Positions 1 to 5,976 of a DNA stretch of 5,976 bases are shown here, in pieces. This DNA comes from Fonticula alba ATCC 38817. Lineage: Eukaryota; Protista; Nucleariida. The DNA lies in assembly GCA_000388065.2 (NCBI GenBank), contig KK198008.1. The stretch is one strand, 5' to 3'. Position 1 is the stretch's first letter; each line of letters begins with the position of its first letter. The translations under genes and the position numbers were made by a program. The notes below the pieces were generated by a model. That model did no database searches and was not told where the DNA came from. It saw nothing but the letters and a program-made list of their open reading frames with translations.

Positions 1-36
1 AGGGAAGGAGGGAGAGCAAAAGGAAGGAGGGGCGAT
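1..36 (+). repeat. 36-bp exact direct repeat, copy 1 (cut by the window edge)
   Basis: AGGGAAGGAGGGAGAGCAAAAGGAAGGAGGGGCGAT is identical to 5227-5262. Confidence 0.95.
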
Positions 37-194
37 ATGGCCGAGCCTCTCAACCCACAACAGCCCTCGGTCGGATTCCGCCGGGGCAGCAAAAGTAGTA
101 ATGATAATATTGGCATCGCCGTCGCCCCTGGAGAGGAGGCGGGGGGCGGGAACAGCATGGCACGGATCCCACCGGACCGCGAAGCTATACGCAG

Positions 195-200
195 TTTATT
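195..200 (-). terminator. Candidate AATAAA polyadenylation signal for the VPS9 gene
   Basis: AATAAA on the - strand in a short AT-rich island ~610 nt after the stop codon; no transcript evidence, and the lineage may not use this hexamer. Confidence 0.3.
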
Positions 201-297
201 AATTCAACTATTTCCTCGTTATTCCCCCGGGCAGTCCGCCGCACCTCCGATCGTCGTAGGCAACCGGCAGACTCGCTTGCCGGTCGTCGCCGGCCGC

Positions 298-298
<1 letters not shown>

Positions 299-370
<72 letters not shown>
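299..370. repeat. Poly-C homopolymer (72 nt)
   Basis: Uninterrupted C run, counted directly. Confidence 0.95.
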
Positions 371-372
<2 letters not shown>

Positions 373-667
373 GCGGGCCCCCCCCGTACCCAAGAAAGAG
401 GGCGGAAGCCAGGCAGGTGAGAGATGGTATCTAGGGTGAGAAATCTGCAGTAGCTGCCTGCGTGGGGCGCCCGGAACCCATCTTGGGGGCATTTATAGGC
501 AGGCCTGTAACTTTCGATGGAGGGAGCGCGACACCAGGCGGGCAGGTGCCATGCAGGCCTCTCCGAGGAAGCTCGCCCGGGGCACCGGGACGCGACAGGC
601 CGATGCGAGGGGCCGGCGGCGGACCAGGCGGAGGCTGATGCCCAGGCTGACCACGGATGCATCGCTG

Positions 668-686
668 CCCCCCCCCCCCCCCCCCC
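668..686. repeat. Poly-C homopolymer (19 nt)
   Basis: Uninterrupted C run, downstream of the VPS9 stop codon. Confidence 0.95.
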
Positions 687-812
687 TTGTCGCCGGGGCC
701 CATTGAACCACCGGCGCAGCGACCCAGCCCCCGACTGCCAGCGGCCCCTCCCGCCCCGCGGGGAGAAAGTGCACCAGAACAGAGAAGAAAAGGGAGATAC
801 ACGTGTCCTATT

Positions 813-3540
813 TCACAAGATGGACACATGCCCTGCGGGCACATGATCAGTCATCACCGGGACCGGGAGATCTGGCAGGAGCAAGCCCACGCCGGCGGGC
901 GTCGAGCCAGGTCCCTGCCCTGGCTGTGGGAAGGGGCCGCCCTGGTGCTGGAAGGGACTCGGCAGGGACACCGCCTGCACAGACGGCGAGGATGGCCCAA
1001 TCGGCTGCCTCGGGGCTAGTTCGGGCTCGGCGACTGCTGCTGCTGCTGCTGCTGCCGGGGGCAGGGACGCCGGTGCGGGCGGCGGCGGCGGCGGCGGCGA
1101 CAGAGACCCCGGGGCATTGGGTGCGCGAACCCACACGAAGTCCTCGTCCGAGATGGGCGAGGGCTTCTCTTCGGACACGGGTGGGGCGGCCCGGGCCTTG
1201 GGGTTTGTCCGGCCGGTGCGATTCCATCCCCCGGCTGGCGCGTCGGAAAATGCCCGCACCGGCTCCAGGCTCAAGGAGGCCGAGGAGACAGCCACCTGCC
1301 CGGGTGTTCCCCCGCCGCTCCCAGGACCGGGTGCCAGTGAAGCAGCCATGGCGACCACCCCGGGGCCAGGCAGCAGGGCGGCCAGCGCCCCACCACCCGC
1401 CGTGCCCGGCAGGCCGGCCGTCTCCGAGGCATTCGCTGTCTCGGGGCCCAGGTGCGATAGGAGCCCGGCATAGGGGTCAAGAGCGGCGCGTGCCTTGGCC
1501 AGGCTCTCCTCCGAGCGAGCATACTCCCGGAAGGCGGTCACCAGCCGGTGGTATTCGCCGTCCGTGATGGAGAGGGACTTCCGGTCGAGTGTCTCCAAGA
1601 AGTGAACAGCCGTAGTCTGGGGGAGATCCATCCCGGCGGGGGCGGCGGGAGGAAGGGAGGGGGAAATGAAAAAAAAAAGAAGCATCAGTTGGGCATGTCG
1701 AGAAGCGTGTCCCCCAGGCGGGCCCGGCCACCGCGGGCCGAAGAGGCCGCCGGGGCGGGGCGAAGGGCGGATTTGGACGCACAAACATCATCATGTAGTA
1801 GTCCTCCTCCGGGGCGGTGGTTTCCGGCCGGAAGCGCGTCAGAAACTGCACCGTGGCCACCATGCACTCGTACAGGCTCGATCGACAGAGGGCCACCACA
1901 AGCAGGGGGAGCATGTGCTCCGCCGAGGATACCATCCCGGCCGTGCGCAGGATCCGGATGATCAGCCTCACGGCCAGCATCAGCCGCTCGATTTTCTGCC
2001 CCGGGGCAAAGCACTGCCCCATCTGGCCGAGGGCTGGACCACCGAGCAAAGGGGCACATCCCGGACAAGCAGTCAACATGGGGCGCGCAAACAGGGGCGC
2101 CCATCCCCCAGCCGGGGGCGCCAGTGGATGTTCCGCTGTGTGCGTGCATGTGTGTGTGTGTGTGTATGTATGCATCGGGAGGCACGGCGCACCATCGACG
2201 CAGAGTTGAAATGCACGCAGAGTCCGACCCGCGGAGTCGGGGCTCACAGCAGGGGCCGACACAGCCCCGGCCGGGCTCGGGCCAATGACCGCCGAAAGCA
2301 GCCCCAGTGCCGGGTCATCGGCCACCCCGAATGGAAAAGCCGGCACCAAGCCGGCCGGCAGGTCCAAGTGCCGGCCCTCAATCCACCGGTGCCGGCGGAC
2401 ATTGACCGCCGCAAGCTGATCTCGATACACCTCGGTCGGCAGGGCGTAAATGCTGCGAGGTGCATTTCAATCGGAGGCCAGCCAGCCACAGGAAGTCAGA
2501 GGATGTTGGCCCGGCAGCGTGCGACCGGCCCCGGGGAGGGGAGGAGGAGGAGGAGGCACATCATTTAAGACAGGGACGTACTGACTGTGAAATTGCTTGA
2601 AAAAATAGCGCTCCAAGTTGCCCAAGAAAAGGGCCGTCACACACGGGCATGAAGCCAGTGGGGCTACCTTATCATAGATGGGGCCCTGCTGGCCGGATGA
2701 CAGGCGGCGACCGGGCCCCGGTGCATGGGGTTAGAGATGTCAAGGACGACCCCCCAGAGGGAAGAGGGCAGGGGAGGGCAGGGTGCGAGGAGGAGAAGGG
2801 GGGGGGGCTGGAAGGGACGAGGCCCGGCAGATGGCAAGAGAGAGGAGGAGGAGGAGGAAGAGGAGGAGGAGGAGGAGGAGGAGGAGGAGAGGGAAAGGCA
2901 TCATGGGAGCCAGATCAGCACGCCACTCAGGAGGCGACAGCCAGACAGAGCGCACATTCAATTGGTGTTGCAGGGTCTCAGCGAAGGTCTTCAACAGCCG
3001 GTCGATCGGGTCCTGCAGGCGGGCCAGGAGCTCGGCATCCTGAGCCGGGAGACCGGGCACGGGCGGGGCCCGGTCCAGGGCCACCGTCTCGGCCGAGAAA
3101 TCCCCCCCGGGAGAGCCGGGCCACGGGTGAAGAGGACTGGCCGGGTCCGAGCCAGGACCGGACCCCTCGCCAGGCCAATCGCCCGACCCGGTGGTGCTGA
3201 GGCCCCAGTCGGGCCCGGGCCACCCGGCTGGGGCTGCAACCACCGGCAGCACCGCCCCGGGACTCTCGACCAGCAGCAACTGGCTCAATGACAGGTCCCC
3301 GGCCAGGGCGTTGTAGGCCGCGGCAATGGCCAGCCGTACCCACGGGTCCTGGGTCAGTTGGCGATGCTCCTCCCGGTGGGGCCGGGCTCGGTCATCGGCG
3401 GCCGGGCTGTCGATGCCATGGCCACCGCCAGCGGCATTGCCACGCCACTGAAAGAGCGACCGGGCCATAGACACAAGGACCGAGTCGTCCGGCTGGCCGT
3501 CAGCCGCGCACTTTGTGCAGCGGGCCTGCTGCGGCTTCAT
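813..3540 (-). CDS. VPS9-domain protein (Rab5/Rab21-family guanine nucleotide exchange factor, Rabex-5/Vps9-like); join(3540-2956,2688-2582,2452-2193,2033-1783,1616-813), 668 aa
   Basis: The five exons (585+107+260+251+804 = 2007 nt) splice in frame. The spliced core reads LGNLERYFFKQFHSHIY...RDQLAAVNVRRHRWIEGRHLDLP...FQLCVDALGQMGQCFAPGQKIERLMLAVRLIIRIL...SSAEHMLPLLVVALCRSS...VQFLTRF...EEDYYMMMFTTAVHFLETLDRKSLSIT. From memory this aligns colinearly with Rabex-5 (SADDFLPTLIYIVL...IQYITRF...[26 protein letters not shown]). The start codon (gccATG, 3540) is plausible but not certain. The Pro/Ala/Gly-rich tail ends at TGA 813-815. Confidence 0.9.
1617..1782 (-). other. Spliceosomal intron 4, VPS9 gene (166 bp, phase 0)
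   Basis: GTGCGT...T-rich tract...CCCCAG; removal joins DYYMMMF to TTAVHFLE and resolves the frame change between ORFs 1477..2430 and 813..1784. Confidence 0.9.
2034..2192 (-). other. Spliceosomal intron 3, VPS9 gene (159 bp, phase 1)
   Basis: GTGCGC...(CA)n...TTGAC...CCAG; removal gives FQLCVDALGQMGQ, matching the VPS9 helix before the conserved P-x-x-K. Confidence 0.8.
2453..2581 (-). other. Spliceosomal intron 2, VPS9 gene (129 bp, phase 2)
   Basis: GTACGT...CTGAC...CGCAG; contains an in-frame TGA; joining CA|C gives KQFHSHIYALP. Confidence 0.85.
2689..2955 (-). other. Spliceosomal intron 1, VPS9 gene (267 bp, phase 0; tandem CAGCAG acceptor)
   Basis: GTGCGC donor after QHQLN; (CTC)n tract; CTAAC at 2734-2730; in-frame TGA at 2740-2742; acceptor CAG at 2691-2689 or 2688-2686. 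Confidence 0.8.
2842..2889. repeat. Trinucleotide microsatellite (GAG)5 GAA (GAG)10, intronic
   Basis: Direct count; reads as a (CTC)n pyrimidine tract in VPS9 intron 1. Confidence 0.95.
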
Positions 3541-3550
3541 GGCGGGGGAT

Positions 3551-3551
3551 G

Positions 3552-3587
<36 letters not shown>

Positions 3588-3588
3588 T
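3551..3588. repeat. Tetranucleotide microsatellite (GTGC)9 GT
   Basis: Direct count; ends 10 nt upstream of the proposed VPS9 ATG. Confidence 0.95.
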
Positions 3589-4368
3589 AGTGGGTGTATC
3601 TGTGTGCGGGTCGTATGTTTAGGAAGGGGGGCGAAGATAGATGGAGGAGAGGGCAAAGGCCGAGGGGGAGGGGGGGTGGGGAGGGATGAGGGAGGGAGGG
3701 GAGGTTCGTGTAGGGGGGCCTGAGAAATCTGTCCAACTCAGCCCCCTCCCCGCCCCCGGCTTGGAGAATGTGTCGCACAAAAGGTGGCGGGCCACATTCG
3801 TGGCCGCGCACGCGCATAGCGGCGCAGGACAGGCGCCCCGATCGGTAAAGAGCCCCTCCATCCATCCGGACCGTCGCCCCGCATTCCCGGGACGTGGCAT
3901 GCGCCGGACGCCCTCACTCTCACCCACACGCGTGTCCTCCCCCCCCCGCCATATCTCGACCAGAGCGTGCCCCTGGCAGCCCCGATCTCAGACGCGCGCT
4001 CGCGCGCACGGTCACGGTCGTGTCGATCGCACCCCAAGTGAGCCTGACGGCAGGGGTGGCCGGCGGGCTGCCTACGCTTGCCCATGAGCTGCCCTCCTCC
4101 CTCCGCCCATCACACCGCGCGCTGGCGGTCACTCAGCCGGCCCTCTCCTGGTCGAAGCGGTTCCCCGCCCCCCCCCCTCCGGCTCCCCGCGGGTTTGCTG
4201 GTACACCAAATCAAACCCCGCCCCGCTATGGGCCGGCGTTCTGGAGACCCAGTATCAACCCCACAACGCCAGGCGGCCCGGGTGTGGGAACGCCCTCCGT
4301 TGGCATCCGCGCTTCCGACGGCACTGGCTGGATGGCTGCCCCTTTGTTTTTTTCCCCGGCCTCATGCC

Positions 4369-4370
<2 letters not shown>

Positions 4371-4448
<78 letters not shown>
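4371..4448. repeat. Dinucleotide microsatellite (TC)4 TT (TC)34, intergenic
   Basis: Direct count. Confidence 0.95.
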
Positions 4449-4450
<2 letters not shown>

Positions 4451-4600
4451 CTCGCTCCCCGCCCAAGAGGCTGAGCATCCACTCGATGCGTGATGCCTCC
4501 GGTACACACGAGAGATGGAACAGCGCGTGCGACCTCCACCCCAGCCCCCACCAGACAAACGGACAGGAATACGCAGGTTCTGAGAGTGCTATTGGCGGAG

Positions 4601-4644
4601 ACACACACACACACACACACACACAGAGAGATATGCGCGCGCGC
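4601..4644. repeat. Compound microsatellite (AC)12 (AG)3 (AT)2 (GC)5 downstream of the TPI stop codon
   Basis: Direct reading; ends about 50 nt 3' of the TPI TAG. Confidence 0.9.
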
Positions 4645-4692
4645 AGGGCAGAAAAAAAAACATCATGACAGGACGCCGGAAGCAAGGGGCTC

Positions 4693-4957
4693 CTACTTCC
4701 CCTCGGCCTTGGCCTGGCTGGCCAGGTTGATGATGGCGGCGAACTCCTCGGCCTGGGTGCTGGCGCGGCCCAGCAGGAACCCGTTGACCTCGGACATCTT
4801 GGCCAGGTCAAAGGAGTTGGCCTTGGTGACGGAGCCGCCGTAGATGATGCGAGCGGCAGCGGCGCCGGCGGCGCCGGCCGCCGGCCCCGGAAGCTCGGCC
4901 AGCACCCGGCGGATCTCCGTGTGCATGGTCAGCACATAGTCCGGGGTGGCGGTCAGC

Positions 4958-4989
<32 letters not shown>

Positions 4990-5391
4990 GATGACGATGC
5001 GCGACGGGTCGAAGGCCGGCGCGTCGGACGCGGCCAGGAAGATGTCCCGAACCTGCTGCATGACCACCGACTCCGAAGCCGGGCGGCCCTCCTCCACCTG
5101 GGCCTCGCCGATGCAGAGGATGACCCCAAGACCGGCCTTGAGGGCGGCGTTGACCTTCTGCTTGAGAAGCTGCGTGTGCGTGTGCGCGTGCGCGTGCGCG
5201 TGTGTGTGAGAGGGAGAGAGAGCCAGAGGGAAGGAGGGAGAGCAAAAGGAAGGAGGGGCGATGCATCGAAGCCGACTCTTGGTCCTGGCGACCGGGATTG
5301 GCGCACCTCGGTGGGCTCAGCGAAGAGAGTGCGGCGCTCGCTGTGGCCGATGATCACCCACTGCACGCCAAACTCCTTGAGCTGGGAGGGG

Positions 5392-5426
<35 letters not shown>

Positions 5427-5884
5427 GTTGTCGAAGGGGAGGCACCGGGGACAATCGGCGCATGGGTTAGAGGCAGGGGCAATCTCACGGGCAAGGCCAA
5501 AAGGAGGGATGGCGCACGAAACCTCGCCGGTGAAGGCGCCGGCGTCGCTGGGGGCACAGTTCTGCGACGCCAGGCTCATGCCGGGGATGGACCCGACCAG
5601 GGTGCTGGCCAGGGGGATGTGCACGAAAGTCGGCGCGAGGGTGACATCTATCGAGGCGGCGCAGAGGGGCGCGAAAGCGAGCGAGCAACCGAGAGAGAGA
5701 GAGAGAGAGGGGCGAAAGGGTGGTCAGGAGAGCAGGCAAGGGGAAGAGCAGGAGCCAGGTTGCGACGACAGCAGCGGCTAGCTGCAGCCACCGACCCGGG
5801 AGCGGACGAGCACGCACCAACAACATTGGTGTCGATCTTGCCGAGGATCTTGCCGATCTGGGCAAAGTTGTTCTGAACCTCGGA
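4693..5884 (-). CDS. TPI1: Triosephosphate isomerase (TIM-barrel family), spliced, 5' end probably outside the window; join(5884-5818,5647-5518,5391-5307,5169-4693)
   Basis: Manual splicing at GT-AG sites gives a continuous 759-nt frame (252 aa + TAG): SEVQNNFAQIGKILGKIDTNVV-DVTLAPTFVHIPL...[67 protein letters not shown]...IVIAYEPVWAIGTGLTATP...RIIYGGSV...NGFLLGRAS. Family motifs FTGEVS, GHSERR (catalytic His), AYEPVWAIGTG (catalytic Glu, loop 6) and YGGS (loop 7) are all present. The acceptor at 5885 is inferred (CTAAC ~30 nt upstream, then GCGCAG). The NWK Lys motif is not seen. Confidence 0.95.
5170..5306 (-). other. Spliceosomal intron, TPI (137 bp, phase 0)
   Basis: GTGCGC...pyrimidine tract...CACGCAG; removal joins FAEPTE to [13 protein letters not shown] and corrects the frame. 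Confidence 0.92.
5227..5262 (+). repeat. 36-bp exact direct repeat, copy 2 (inside TPI intron 5170-5306)
   Basis: Identical to 1-36; the sequences diverge immediately 3' (ATGGCC vs GCATCG). Confidence 0.95.
5392..5517 (-). other. Spliceosomal intron, TPI (126 bp, phase 2)
   Basis: GTGCGC...CTAAC...(CA)15G; joining TC|C restores [11 protein letters not shown]. Confidence 0.9.
5393..5422. repeat. (TG)15 microsatellite at the TPI intron 3' splice site
   Basis: Direct count; its last CA on the - strand forms the acceptor CAG. Confidence 0.95.
5648..5817 (-). other. Spliceosomal intron, TPI (170 bp, phase 1)
   Basis: GTGCGT...CTGAC...(TC)9...TAG; joining G|AT restores the Asp of VVDVTLAP. Confidence 0.9.
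5691..5708. repeat. (GA)9 microsatellite, intronic
   Basis: Direct count; lies within intron 5648-5817. Confidence 0.9.
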
Positions 5885-5964
5885 CTGCGCAGCGTCGAGC
5901 ATACAACCAGCGGTTAGCGACGCGGGCACGGGCGAGCAACAGCAGCAACAACAGCATACTGTCA

Positions 5965-5976
5965 GGGGGGGGGGGG
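5965..5976. repeat. Poly-G run (at least 12 nt, cut by the window edge)
   Basis: Direct reading. Confidence 0.9.

Noticed and set aside
19-420. Perfect Shine-Dalgarno-like AAGGAGG before ATG 37 and a 127-aa + strand ORF
   Set aside because: The context is eukaryotic, the purine tract belongs to the 36-bp intronic repeat, and the ORF has no recognisable motif, with its poly-Pro coming from the C72 run.
2207-2470. 11-bp inverted repeat (TTGAAATGCAC / GTGCATTTCAA) roughly flanking VPS9 exon 3
   Set aside because: Matches of this length are expected by chance in 6 kb, and one arm is coding; there is no target-site duplication or transposase.
3330-3350. DPW / WVRL motif (QDPWVRL) as an AP-2 appendage or second LIR site
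   Set aside because: It is a single copy, lies at the start of a probable helix (WVRLAIAAAYNAL) and has weak acidic context.
437-3731. 11-bp direct repeat TGAGAAATCTG (437-447 and 3721-3731) either side of the VPS9 gene
   Set aside because: The length is within chance expectation and the match does not extend.
4216-4598. GC box (4216-4224) and CCAAT box (4591-4595, - strand) in the intergenic region
   Set aside because: Short motifs like these are frequent in GC-rich DNA, and no TSS is known to anchor them.
4921-5781. Long + strand ORFs (4921..5781, 803..1567, 1666..2568, 2725..3291 and others)
   Set aside because: They are antisense shadows of real GC-rich exons and microsatellites (VCVC, ERER, poly-E). 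Stops are rare at this GC content and no domain motifs are visible.
1-5976. CRISPR array, rRNA/tRNA genes, mobile element or prokaryotic operon
   Set aside because: There is no repeat-spacer periodicity, no recognisable RNA gene motif, and no transposase, RT or terminal repeat; the spliceosomal introns show a eukaryotic nuclear locus.

Overview
GC-rich eukaryotic genomic DNA, dense in microsatellites, with two spliced protein-coding genes in tandem on the - strand. (1) A divergent triosephosphate isomerase (TPI) gene, with exons 5884-5818, 5647-5518, 5391-5307 and 5169-4693. Its first exon, carrying the catalytic Lys, probably lies beyond the right edge. (2) A 5-exon VPS9-domain (Rab5-family GEF, Rabex-5-like) gene, with exons 3540-2956, 2688-2582, 2452-2193, 2033-1783 and 1616-813 (2007 nt, 668 aa). 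All seven complete introns are GT-AG, and six start GTGCG. The most notable observations: a LIR/AIM-like motif (SDEDFVWV) in the VPS9 tail; a D->E change at the VPS9 catalytic aspartate finger; GGAS->GRAS in the TPI phosphate-binding loop; and an exact 36-bp duplicate of a TPI intron segment at the left window edge. The remaining ORFs in the track are read-throughs of GC-rich or repeat DNA. The organism cannot be determined from the sequence alone.
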